From: Thermodesulfobacteriota bacterium
GTDB lineage: Bacteria; Desulfobacterota; WTBG01; JAGOGO01
Length of the DNA stretch: 32,000 nt
Direction of reading: 5' to 3'
Assembly (NCBI GenBank): GCA_026625185.1
Contig: CP113000.1
Span: 3,072,651 to 3,104,650 of the forward strand
The notes beneath the pieces were generated by a model. It worked only from the letters and a program-made list of their open reading frames with translations. It did no database searches and had not been told where the DNA came from. A program made the position numbers and the translations under genes. Each line of letters starts with the position of its first letter. Within the stretch, counting starts at the first letter, position 1. Positions 1-7,892 of the stretch are shown here, in pieces.

Positions 1-191
1 ACCACCCGGTCAAGGCCGTGCTCCTCGATATCCTTTTTTATTAGCTGTTGACCAGGTTCAGAACACATATATAAGTAATCCCTGGCCACCCGAACGCGCG
101 GCAGTTGTTCAGCAAATTTGGTGAGCTTTGCTACATTTACGTTAGCCTTGATATTTACCCCGCAGTGACAAATATAAACACCTAACTTCAT
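1..191 (-). CDS. HdrA-like heterodisulfide-reductase subunit A family flavoprotein, N-terminal ~63 codons only (runs off window)
   Basis: Not in the ORF track. Minus-strand ATG at 191..189, 21 nt after the upstream stop. Translates MKLGVYICHCGVNIKANVNVAKLTKFAEQLPRVRVARDYLYMCSEPGQQLIKKDIEEHGLDRVV, which matches my memory of HdrA N-termini (GVYxCHCGxNI; ARDYxYMCSxPGQxLIKKDI). Confidence 0.7.
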   Translation of the reverse strand, partial: MKLGVYICHCGVNIKANVNVAKLTKFAEQLPRVRVARDYLYMCSEPGQQLIKKDIEEHGLDRV

Positions 192-212
192 GTTGTTTTT
201 CCTGTGCTTGGG

Positions 213-1349
213 TTAGTTCAATACCAGGTCAATGATCTCCATAATATCCATCACTTTGAGTCGCTCTTCATAGCGGCCAATCTTTATCGCGTCCTCAAGC
301 GTTAAAAGACAAAATGGGCAGGAAGTGGCAATAACCTCAACTCCTAAGTCAATGGCCTCTCTGACCCTCAGGTTGGCAGTTCTATCTTTTGCATCAAAGG
401 CTTCGATCCACATCCGTCCGCCACCCCCTTCACAACACAAACTCCGCTCCCGACAGCGGTCAAACTCAACATAGTTTAGACCGGGAACACGCTGAAGTAT
501 CCTTCGAGGTTCATCAAAAACCTGGTTGTGTTTTCCGAGAAAACATGGATCATGAAAGGCCACCTTCTTGGTAAACTCCCCGGTAAAAGCAAGACGGCCC
601 TCGGTGAGCAACTCGTCAATTTTTTGGGTATAGTGTTTTACTTCCACATCCAAGCCGGGATAATCATGGATAAAACTGTTATAACAATGGGGCGAGGTGA
701 CCACTATCTGCTTGATGGGGTATTTCTTAAAGTTTTCCAAATTTTTCTCCCTCAGCGCTTCAAAATTCCAGAGGTCTCCTAACCTCTTGATCTCATTGCC
801 GCAACAGACTTCCTCAAGCCCTAAAATACCAAAATTTACTCCTCCCTTATTAAAAGCTTTAACAATAGCTCTCGGCACTTTCTGAAGCCTTTGGTCAAAG
901 GCTGGGGTACAGCACACGTAATAGAGGACTTCTGCATCCGCGATGTTTTTTACCTCCAACCCTCGCGTCCAGTCAGTCCTTGAATCCTTTCCCATTCCCC
1001 ATGGATTCTTGCGAACATCGATACTTTTGAGGACATCCCTCACCTTTGCCGGAATTTCACCGTCTTCTACCAAAACACTCCGCAGGGTAAGCACCATTTC
1101 CATCGGGTCAACTCCTTTGGGGCATCGACTCATACAGGTCCCGCATGCAGAACAGTTCCAAAGATAGTCCTTGTTATGGGCTACTTCTTCTCCTTCAGTA
1201 TATAACACTTCATTAAGAATGCGCCGCACATTAAAGGTTTTGCAAACCAGGGCAATCGGGCACCCACCCGTACACTTGCCGCATTGGATACATGGAAAGA
1301 GTCGTTCCCGGCCAATCGTTACTAATCGTTTCCATTCTTCTTCCGGCAT
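213..1349 (-). CDS. HdrD-like (Fe-S)-binding oxidoreductase with two CCG cysteine-rich domains
   Basis: Two CxxCxxCxxxCP ferredoxin motifs (CIQCGKCTGGCP, CSACGTCMSRCP), then CCG-type Cys repeats (VCCGNE, DPCFLG, CCEGGGG, SCPFC). The ATG at 1349 (MPEEEW) has GGTGG 5 nt upstream. The track's GTG at 1358 has essentially no SD spacing. Confidence 0.8.
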   Translation of the reverse strand: MPEEEWKRLVTIGRERLFPCIQCGKCTGGCPIALVCKTFNVRRILNEVLYTEGEEVAHNKDYLWNCSACGTCMSRCPKGVDPMEMVLTLRSVLVEDGEIPAKVRDVLKSIDVRKNPWGMGKDSRTDWTRGLEVKNIADAEVLYYVCCTPAFDQRLQKVPRAIVKAFNKGGVNFGILGLEEVCCGNEIKRLGDLWNFEALREKNLENFKKYPIKQIVVTSPHCYNSFIHDYPGLDVEVKHYTQKIDELLTEGRLAFTGEFTKKVAFHDPCFLGKHNQVFDEPRRILQRVPGLNYVEFDRCRERSLCCEGGGGRMWIEAFDAKDRTANLRVREAIDLGVEVIATSCPFCLLTLEDAIKIGRYEERLKVMDIMEIIDLVLN

Positions 1350-1436
1350 AAAATCCACCTTTCCTCACAAACAATCGCAGAACTAACGGAAGAGAGACTT
1401 TTTAAATTGTCCCTCCTCACCTGGCTCATATTAGGT

Positions 1437-1475
1437 AAAAAAAAAGTAGCTGGATATGCCCCCCCAAGCTACTTT
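1437..1475 (-). terminator. Rho-independent terminator ending AOR module 1
   Basis: Minus strand reads AAAGTAGCT-TGGGGGGGCATATCC-AGCTACTTT followed by a T run. The 9-bp stem is perfect and extendable by GG/CC. It lies between the ferredoxin gene and the HdrD-like gene. Confidence 0.65.
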
Positions 1476-1644
1476 CTGGTAGTCTTGTCAATTCTAAAAA
1501 ATGTTAGTTGAGCTTTGTAATATCCTCGGATCCACCCTTAGTAAAAAACCAAAAATTTTTTGATTATCAGCCTTATGGGAAAAAATAAAACACGGTACTA
1601 ATTAGGATCAAAAATTCGCCTCTGCATCCCCGTAAAGGCGTAAT

Positions 1645-2025
1645 TTAGATTTCCATAATAGATAAAGCCCCTTTCTCACAAACTTTGACGCAGTGCGGGT
1701 CTGGTGGATCGCCACAGAAATCGCACTTCAAAGCTACTCCGGTGTCCGGTTCGGTAAACCACGGTCTCGCCGGACAGGAAGATCGGCAAAGCGTGCAGCC
1801 ATCATATTGTTGCCCTGCGATAACAACATCGAATTTGGAGGTACATTCCGCAGTAGTAGTTGGTCCCGCAATGATCAAAAAAAATCGTTGTTCTTCTTCA
1901 TCCTCAAAAACCCGTATGCGGGACTTTTTGGGGTTAACCTCGTTGGTGTAATGCTTCATAGAACATGCTGTCTCACATTCTTGACAACCAGTACACTTAC
2001 CATGGTCTATTTTTAACCTTATCAT
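1645..2025 (-). CDS. 4Fe-4S dicluster ferredoxin-type protein (probable AOR electron-transfer partner)
   Basis: MIRLKIDHGKCTGCQECETAC, CTLCRSSCP and CDFCG..CVKVCE cysteine motifs. GGAGG lies 7 nt upstream of the ATG at 2025; the track ORF extends to 2070 without an SD. Last gene after AOR and the MoaD-like gene. Confidence 0.75.
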   Translation of the reverse strand: MIRLKIDHGKCTGCQECETACSMKHYTNEVNPKKSRIRVFEDEEEQRFFLIIAGPTTTAECTSKFDVVIAGQQYDGCTLCRSSCPARPWFTEPDTGVALKCDFCGDPPDPHCVKVCEKGALSIMEI

Positions 2026-2077
2026 TTTTGTTCCTCCTTCCTGGGAACTATGGTTAAAATCCCTCCCCAACTATTAT

Positions 2078-2335
2078 TTATCCCCCTCCTGACGGAGGGA
2101 AGATTGCCACCACGTCTCCATCAGTCAACGTTTCAGCATTTACTGTATTTGAGACACCTCGGGAGATTCCATTGATAATAACAAGCTTAGGAACATCCGG
2201 TGGTATACCAAGCGTATCCAGTAAGTCTCCCAACGTTCCTCCATCCTTCAAAGAAACCATCGCTTTTCCATCGGACGAACTTGCGGGAAGATATTGCTTA
2301 AATTTCATAAACATCCTTATCTCAATACGCATCAC
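2078..2335 (-). CDS. MoaD/ThiS-family ubiquitin-like sulfur-carrier-type protein
   Basis: 85 aa ending DGDVVAIFPPSGGG (C-terminal Gly-Gly). Sits 55 nt after the AOR stop. Start is GTG 2335 or ATG 2332, with AAAGGAGGA upstream. Confidence 0.75.
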   Translation of the reverse strand: MMRIEIRMFMKFKQYLPASSSDGKAMVSLKDGGTLGDLLDTLGIPPDVPKLVIINGISRGVSNTVNAETLTDGDVVAIFPPSGGG

Positions 2336-2390
2336 TCTTTTATTTTCCTCCTTTAAAGAAGGTTAAGGCGTAATACCCCCACCACAATTT

Positions 2391-4226
2391 TTATTGTAAG
2401 CCAAGTCCTGACAGTTTATCCGTTGTGGGGACTCCATTCTCATCCCATCCCCGCAACTGATAGTATTCTGGGAGCATTTCATTGAGTCTGCACACATCAC
2501 CTTTTGGTCCCCCTGGTTCTTCGAGGAGCCTTTTCGGGAGGGTGTCGTCGGCTTTAGTTAATCCGGCCTTGAGATTGAATAATCGCTCCAGATTAGAGAT
2601 CCTTTCGCCAATGCTAACTAACTCGTCCACGGTGTAACCCGCTCCGCTGGCTGCATTTATAAGGGACTGGATTTCTTCGTAGAGAAAGTTCGTTGCCAGA
2701 GCAACAAAAAGGCACAATCCGGAAGAATCAATCACGGCGGTGATATCTTGAAAAGTTTTGACCATTTCCGCCTTGCCTTCAGTTATCAGAGGATCAGTTT
2801 TGACATGAACTCCCAGAATCTCATTGGCGATAGCATAACCTCTCACGTGACAAGCTCCCCTATTCGAAGTAGCATACTGAAGTCCCATGCTTTGAACTCC
2901 CCGGGGATCATAGGCAGGAGCCTCAAGTTTTTTTACCCCCATGAATAGTTCGGGATGTCCGTATTGTTCAGCCAACCGATAACCTCCTTCAGCCATTATA
3001 TCGCCGATACCTTCCCTTTTCCCCATTTTTTCAGTTAATATAATAAGTGCATCCGCATTTCCAAAGTTCGCCTTCAAACCTAAATCCTTCTCGGGGAGAT
3101 ATCCCTTCTCATATAACTCCATAGCAGTTGCCACAGTGGCTGCCGCCGAGATAGTGTCCATACCCATTTCATTACAAAGATAATTCGCTTTTGTTATGGC
3201 GGCAAGATTATCGATTCCACAGGAGGCCCCCATCAGCTCTACCGTTTCATATTCCGGCCCCTCTCCCTTAAAATATTTTGGGCTTCCCATGCCAGTATTT
3301 TGTGGATCACTGATTTCTGTTAGCCGACCACAGGCAATTGGGCATGCAAAACAACCCTTGGGCCTTTTGAGGATAGTTTCTGCAATTGTCTCTCCAGCAA
3401 TCTTATTGGCGGTTTCGAAGTAAGTCACCTGCCAGTTGTTGGTGGGGAGTATCTTGGCCTCATTAATGATATTCACCAATACCGCCGTGCCATAAGCAGG
3501 TAACGCTTCCCCGGTTACCGGCCCCGCCCTTATTACATCCCTCGCATGCAAAACCGCTTTGTGAAAAGCTTCTTTATCGGGCAGCATAATTTTACCGGTA
3601 CCCCGAACAGCAATCGCTTTCAACTTCTTTGATCCCATGACCGCACCAACCCCGGATCGGCCAGCCGCCCTATTCTTATCATTGATCACACAGGCAATCC
3701 GGGACAGTTTTTCCCCAGCAGGACCGATTGAGGCAACCCGTATTTCTTTAGCAAGATATTTGTTTTCTATCTTTGCACGTATAAAATCCTCGGTTTCATG
3801 AGTGGTCTTACCCCAAAATTCAGCGGCTGATCTAATCTCCACTTCATCGTCATTTATCCATAAATATACCGGTTCATCTGCAACACCTTCGAAGATAATC
3901 CCGTCGTACCCGGCAAACTTTAATTCAGGGCCGAAAAACCCTCCGGAATTGCTACAGGCTATTGTTCCGCTCAGTGGTGATTTGGTAATCACCATGTATC
4001 GTGAACTACATGGCGCACCTGTCCCCGTCAGAGGGCCGGTCATAAAAATCAACTTGTTCTCCGGACTAAAAGGATCAACCTGGGGATCTACCTCATCATA
4101 AAGTATTTTTGAACCCAATCCCCTCCCTCCCAAATAAGGTCTTAAATAGTCAGGATCTATTTCTTCAATATGGTAGTCTCCATAACTTAAATTGACTCTT
4201 AAAATTTTTCCCATCCACGCTTCCAT
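2391..4226 (-). CDS. aor: Tungsten-type aldehyde:ferredoxin oxidoreductase family protein (AOR paralog 1)
   Basis: 611 aa. Strings MGKILRVNLS..GGRGLG, GCFACPIACGR (cluster cysteines), EGPEYETV and YATSNRGACHVRGY are typical of the AOR family. GGGAGG SD upstream. Confidence 0.9.
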   Translation of the reverse strand: MEAWMGKILRVNLSYGDYHIEEIDPDYLRPYLGGRGLGSKILYDEVDPQVDPFSPENKLIFMTGPLTGTGAPCSSRYMVITKSPLSGTIACSNSGGFFGPELKFAGYDGIIFEGVADEPVYLWINDDEVEIRSAAEFWGKTTHETEDFIRAKIENKYLAKEIRVASIGPAGEKLSRIACVINDKNRAAGRSGVGAVMGSKKLKAIAVRGTGKIMLPDKEAFHKAVLHARDVIRAGPVTGEALPAYGTAVLVNIINEAKILPTNNWQVTYFETANKIAGETIAETILKRPKGCFACPIACGRLTEISDPQNTGMGSPKYFKGEGPEYETVELMGASCGIDNLAAITKANYLCNEMGMDTISAAATVATAMELYEKGYLPEKDLGLKANFGNADALIILTEKMGKREGIGDIMAEGGYRLAEQYGHPELFMGVKKLEAPAYDPRGVQSMGLQYATSNRGACHVRGYAIANEILGVHVKTDPLITEGKAEMVKTFQDITAVIDSSGLCLFVALATNFLYEEIQSLINAASGAGYTVDELVSIGERISNLERLFNLKAGLTKADDTLPKRLLEEPGGPKGDVCRLNEMLPEYYQLRGWDENGVPTTDKLSGLGLQ

Positions 4227-4432
4227 AGCAATTAACCTCCCTACCCAAAGGGTTAATGGTTAAATTTTAGGTAACCCAAGCATATTATTTGAGCAACTTT
4301 CTATTGAAAGTTCTCTCTCCTTTTACATGCCGAGTACCGTGACCTTTCCTCAATAAAAGTAAGCCATTTTAAAATTGACTTCTTATTGAAGTATAAAGTT
4401 AATCAAGAAGGTCGAATAACAGAAGGAAGAAT

Positions 4433-4459
4433 ATTTTCATTGAATCGCCCAATGAAAAT
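4433..4459. repeat. 10-bp perfect inverted repeat (ATTTTCATTG-7nt-CAATGAAAAT)
   Basis: Read directly. Lies in the 505-bp non-coding gap upstream of AOR-1. On the minus strand it is followed by T-rich ATTCTTCCTTCTGTTATTC. Confidence 0.6.
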
Positions 4460-4495
4460 TACTAAAAGAAATGCATTCGGGAACACAGTACAGTA

Positions 4496-4530
4496 GTTTT
4501 GTCGTAAACACGGTATTTTTTCGACAAAAC
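4496..4530. repeat. 9-bp perfect inverted repeat (GTTTTGTCG-17nt-CGACAAAAC)
   Basis: Read directly, in the same non-coding gap. Could be an RNA hairpin in the AOR-1 leader or a protein-binding palindrome. Confidence 0.6.
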
Positions 4531-4651
4531 TTCTTTAACTCGCGCAATAAAACTGAGCCATGTGAATAAGAAGTGCCTCCAAGCTCAACGCCATGGGCAA
4601 AACCAAAACAAGAAGCTTCAATGGTAAAATCCCAGATTAATATTATAATTT

Positions 4652-4680
4652 AATATACTTAAAAAAATCTTTCCTGTCAA
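4652..4680 (-). promoter_or_regulatory. Putative sigma70 promoter (TTGACA-17-TATATT) facing AOR-1
   Basis: Minus strand: TTGACA GGAAAGATTTTTTTAAG TATATT. It sits about 50 nt after the radical-SAM stop and about 420 nt upstream of the AOR-1 ATG. Confidence 0.45.
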
Positions 4681-4731
4681 GAAAATTAAAAACTTGACCC
4701 CTTTTCTTTTTCATCAGGTCTTATAAAGCGG

Positions 4732-6030
4732 TCAGGAACAGTTGAGTATTCCTCGGCTCCAGAGACAGTCACCACACGGTTGCTCATACATATTACAGTC
4801 ACAAAAAAAGTCTACATCTGGAGAAAGGTACCCGCATCCATTTGACAACCCACAATCACCACAGGGCGAAAAAGGAAACTCTTCGACGTTCCTTCTAAAC
4901 ATTTGATAAATTTGTGAGTTCCAGATGGCTTCCAGATCTTCTTCCGGAACTTTGCCAAAACTGATGCTTTTCACTCGCTTAGGCCGCCCGTAATGAAAAC
5001 AAGAGTAGTCGTGGGATAACTGGTTGCAGGGCCTCACCCACCCATCCCAGGTGATAAAGCACGTCTGATTTTTAATAAAATTACATTCCCGTTTTGCTCG
5101 GGGAATGATCAAAGGGAGGTGAATTGCGAGATTCCGGGAAGTTGCAACCTTCTGACATTTTTCAAAAATCTTTAAATAATTTAAAAAGTTATTTCCATCT
5201 CTTTCAAGTACCTGAAGCATACTGCTAAGGATTCCTCCCATAGAAAATCCTTCTAAGGATACTTCATTAGCGAACTGTAGGACCAACTTCTCCTCTGGAG
5301 AGGGTTTTGATACTCCACTCCTGAATCTTTTTGTGCAAAGCCTTATTGCTAAAAGTCGAAATATTGAGGGGTTGATCCCCATTGCTTGAAGCCGTTCTTT
5401 GGCTTTCGTCAGTAGTTCCAAAACTTCCTGAGAGTGAGAGTCATAAATTACTTCTTTGGCGATAAGCTCGTTGGGTGGCAAAAGATTGTTAACCCACAGC
5501 TCATTCACCTCTTTTTCTGCAGCGAAGTGAACCAAATCCGGTAATTCCTCAACATTACTCTTCATTGCTACAAAGGATAAGGCAATTTTAAAGGGTTTTC
5601 GAGCTTTTTTTCTTATATCTCGAAACGTTTCTAAACCCTCAATCAATGACTCAAAATTTCCCTTTTCCCTGATCTGTGAAAACTTTTTCGGATCAAGACT
5701 ATCAATGGAGAGGGAAATACCGTCAAGACCAACTTTAATCATCTCCTTTGCCAGAGATCGGTCAACCAGGATAGCATTGCTGGTCAACTCAATTTTGCAA
5801 TGAGAAGGTGTATGAGTTCTGGCAATAAAAATCATATCGAGCAATTGACGCTGCAATAATGGCTCTCCGTAGCCGTTGAGGTTGATAGAATCTAAGGTGG
5901 CAAAGGAGGGAATAAGCCCCTTAAATGTGTCAATATCCATGTCACCGGTTTTCTCAGACCATGTTTGCCGGAGACAAATAGTACACGATAAATTACACTG
6001 AGAAGTTATTTCAATAATGAGATTTTTCAT
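4732..6030 (-). CDS. Radical SAM/SPASM-domain protein, candidate tungsten-cofactor-enzyme maturase
   Basis: CNLSCTIC (CxxxCxxC) at residues 12-19. C-terminal Cys-rich SPASM-like region (CGDCGLSNGCG, CDCNMYEQPCGDC). The position beside AOR and MoaD-like genes fits the family I remember as tungsten cofactor oxidoreductase radical SAM maturase (cf. cmo beside aor in Pyrococcus). The role is unproven. Confidence 0.8.
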   Translation of the reverse strand: MKNLIIEITSQCNLSCTICLRQTWSEKTGDMDIDTFKGLIPSFATLDSINLNGYGEPLLQRQLLDMIFIARTHTPSHCKIELTSNAILVDRSLAKEMIKVGLDGISLSIDSLDPKKFSQIREKGNFESLIEGLETFRDIRKKARKPFKIALSFVAMKSNVEELPDLVHFAAEKEVNELWVNNLLPPNELIAKEVIYDSHSQEVLELLTKAKERLQAMGINPSIFRLLAIRLCTKRFRSGVSKPSPEEKLVLQFANEVSLEGFSMGGILSSMLQVLERDGNNFLNYLKIFEKCQKVATSRNLAIHLPLIIPRAKRECNFIKNQTCFITWDGWVRPCNQLSHDYSCFHYGRPKRVKSISFGKVPEEDLEAIWNSQIYQMFRRNVEEFPFSPCGDCGLSNGCGYLSPDVDFFCDCNMYEQPCGDCLWSRGILNCS

Positions 6031-6206
6031 GATTTCTTCAAGGTCAGCTTTTTTAATGCGCCGATATCCACCGACAGCTTAAAAGGCTTTGATATGATCC
6101 GACTCTATCCAATTGATAATGGTTTTTACGATCGTGAATAGTTTATTTGTTAATCTATATTTAGTTTACTACAATTCTTTTGACTTTTCACTTTAGGCAA
6201 CTCATG

Positions 6207-6264
6207 AAAAGAAAAGGATAAATAGAACCTCCGAGCCATAACAAAATGGTTGGGAGGTTCTATT
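6207..6264 (-). terminator. Rho-independent terminator after the binding-protein gene
   Basis: 12-bp perfect stem AATAGAACCTCC / GGAGGTTCTATT with a 20-nt loop containing an inner CCAT/ATGG pair. On the minus strand it is followed by TATCCTTTTCTTTTC. It lies 30 nt past the stop at 6294. Confidence 0.65.
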
Positions 6265-6293
6265 TAATGGTCTTTTTAAATATTCTGGAAAGA

Positions 6294-7394
6294 TTATTTC
6301 TGTTTTTTTGCTTCTTCCCACATTTCTCCAAAAGCTTTTTCGGTTTTTTCACTCATGACCCGCCAAATCGCCACTGTTTTGAAGTAATCGTTATTGCCAA
6401 CATGAAACAGCGCCTTTTCTTCCGGGATTACAAGGTTACTCACATTGTTTACCACCGGGGAGACACCCTGCTGTTTAACAACTGCAGCTTGGAATTTAGG
6501 AGACAGTTGCAGGTTGATCCACTCTTCGCAAAGTTTTTTGGTCATTCCTTTTGCCGCCTGGGTTATGCACCAGTAATCGATCCAGGCGGTGCCCCCTTCT
6601 TTCGGAGCAGCCAATTTCCAGTTGCCACCCTTTTGGTTTGCCTTAACCACCGCAAACCCCCAGGTTGTTGCCAGGTCTAACTGAGGAAACTCATCCGCAT
6701 TAGCTTCTCCATCCCAGAGGCTCTTGGCATTTTTTGCCAAAGCATTCAATTTTTCCTGAATCTTGGCTCTATCCAGTTTGTCAATGTCGAATATCTTATT
6801 ATATTTATAACCTAGTGAAAGGGCGGTAACCCAAATGTTGACCTTATGAAAGTTGTTGTTGATGGTGTACTTCTTGGCATATTTCGGATCCCAGAAGATA
6901 TTCCAGGTGGTCGGAGCCTCTTTAAAGACATTCGCGTTATAGGCAAGTCCATAAGGGCCACAGTTATAGGGAACGCCATACCGCTTTTCTCCGTGGATAA
7001 GCGAAGAATCCTTTTTGAAAAAGGGAAGAAGGTTTTTCAAATTAGGTAACGCGTCGGGTTTAATTGCCGAAAGAAGAATCTTACCTTTTTCGAAACAATT
7101 AAACCGGGGGGTCTTGGCCATATCAGCCGGGGGAGAAATCAGATCCGCGGTGCCATTTTTGGCAGCATTATAAAAATCCTCTTGACCTACAGCATAGGTT
7201 GGTTTTATTTCTACGTCTACTTTATATTTTTCTTTAACTAAACTCTTAAAGGCATCAATGACTGCCTGGTCAGCATAACCCTCCCAGCAGGTGATCCGTA
7301 TGGTTTCTTTTTTTACCTCCTGGGCAAGGCCATAACTGCAGAAAGAAATCGCCACAACCAATGCTCCGAGTAACAGCGCTAAAACTTTTTTCAT
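6294..7394 (-). CDS. Periplasmic solute-binding protein, PotD/PotF-like (ABC-type, orphan)
   Basis: MKKVLALLLGALVVAISFCSYGLAQE signal peptide, with GGAGG 6 nt upstream of the ATG at 7394; the track's 30-codon extension lacks an SD. Body length and strings (CWEGYAD, YGVPYNCGPYGLAYN, FWDPKY) look polyamine-type SBP. No permease or ATPase is adjacent. Confidence 0.65.
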   Translation of the reverse strand: MKKVLALLLGALVVAISFCSYGLAQEVKKETIRITCWEGYADQAVIDAFKSLVKEKYKVDVEIKPTYAVGQEDFYNAAKNGTADLISPPADMAKTPRFNCFEKGKILLSAIKPDALPNLKNLLPFFKKDSSLIHGEKRYGVPYNCGPYGLAYNANVFKEAPTTWNIFWDPKYAKKYTINNNFHKVNIWVTALSLGYKYNKIFDIDKLDRAKIQEKLNALAKNAKSLWDGEANADEFPQLDLATTWGFAVVKANQKGGNWKLAAPKEGGTAWIDYWCITQAAKGMTKKLCEEWINLQLSPKFQAAVVKQQGVSPVVNNVSNLVIPEEKALFHVGNNDYFKTVAIWRVMSEKTEKAFGEMWEEAKKQK

Positions 7395-7631
7395 TGTAGC
7401 CCTCCATTCTCCCCTTATGAGGGGATCTATAAGGTAAGAATAAATAACCAGTTGCACCTGAGAGAAACTAAAAAAATCTTTCACCCTCCCTTTTACAATA
7501 GGGAAGGTAGTTTTTTCTGCACCTCCTTTCCCATAACAAAAAACTTAATAAATTAAGAAAACATAAATGACTTTGTTTTTGATACCTCAAAAGGCTTTAC
7601 TCCCCGGCTTTCTCCCGTGATTTTAAGGGGG

Positions 7632-7850
7632 TTATCCTCCTCCTAATACAGGAAAGACAGCAAGAATATCATCTTCTTGCAAAGTATAGTCAGGTCCTAC
7701 ATGGAGGGAATTGACTAAAAGAGCACCTACCTCCACCTTATTAATATTGAGCTTTCCCAGAATATGGCTGACAGTAATGCCTTTAACATATTCCCACTCT
7801 TTTTCTTTAAATCTCCCTTCGCGAAGTGACGCAAATAATTTAACTTTCAT
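7632..7850 (-). CDS. MoaD/ThiS-family ubiquitin-like protein (paralog 2)
   Basis: 72 aa, MKVKLFASLREGRF...DDILAVFPVLGGG. Classic MoaD opening and Gly-Gly end. Sits 42 nt after the AOR-2 stop. Confidence 0.8.
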   Translation of the reverse strand: MKVKLFASLREGRFKEKEWEYVKGITVSHILGKLNINKVEVGALLVNSLHVGPDYTLQEDDILAVFPVLGGG

Positions 7851-7892
7851 GCTTAGCCGTGAGCCCCAAAATTTAATTAGTAGTCGTGGTTC

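Noticed and set aside
1617-1640. Small hairpin CGCCT-14nt-AGGCG right after the ferredoxin stop, followed by TTTTT on the minus strand
   Set aside because: It has only 5 bp with a large loop. The much stronger terminator at 1437-1475 is the better call.
4227-4651. Moco/Tuco riboswitch in the AOR-1 leader
   Set aside because: I could not match the conserved blocks I remember (CCGAGCC…GGAAAGG…CCUCC) in a consistent orientation. It is kept only as something to test with a covariance model.
6246-6680. 144-aa plus-strand ORF overlapping the 3' part of the binding-protein gene
   Set aside because: It is antisense to the SBP gene. Its 5' end includes the terminator hairpin arm. Phe/Leu-rich translation of AT-rich antisense.
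7395-7484. 30-codon N-terminal extension of the binding-protein ORF, and similar extensions at 9955-10011, 2026-2070 and 21688-21768
   Set aside because: In each case an internal start with a good SD gives a canonical N-terminus (signal peptide or conserved opening). The extensions lack an SD or overlap the upstream gene.
2078-7850. Triple-glycine (GGG) C-termini of both MoaD-like proteins as a sign of a processed precursor
   Set aside because: GGG still presents a terminal Gly-Gly, so no processing needs to be invoked. Not anomalous enough to report as a finding.
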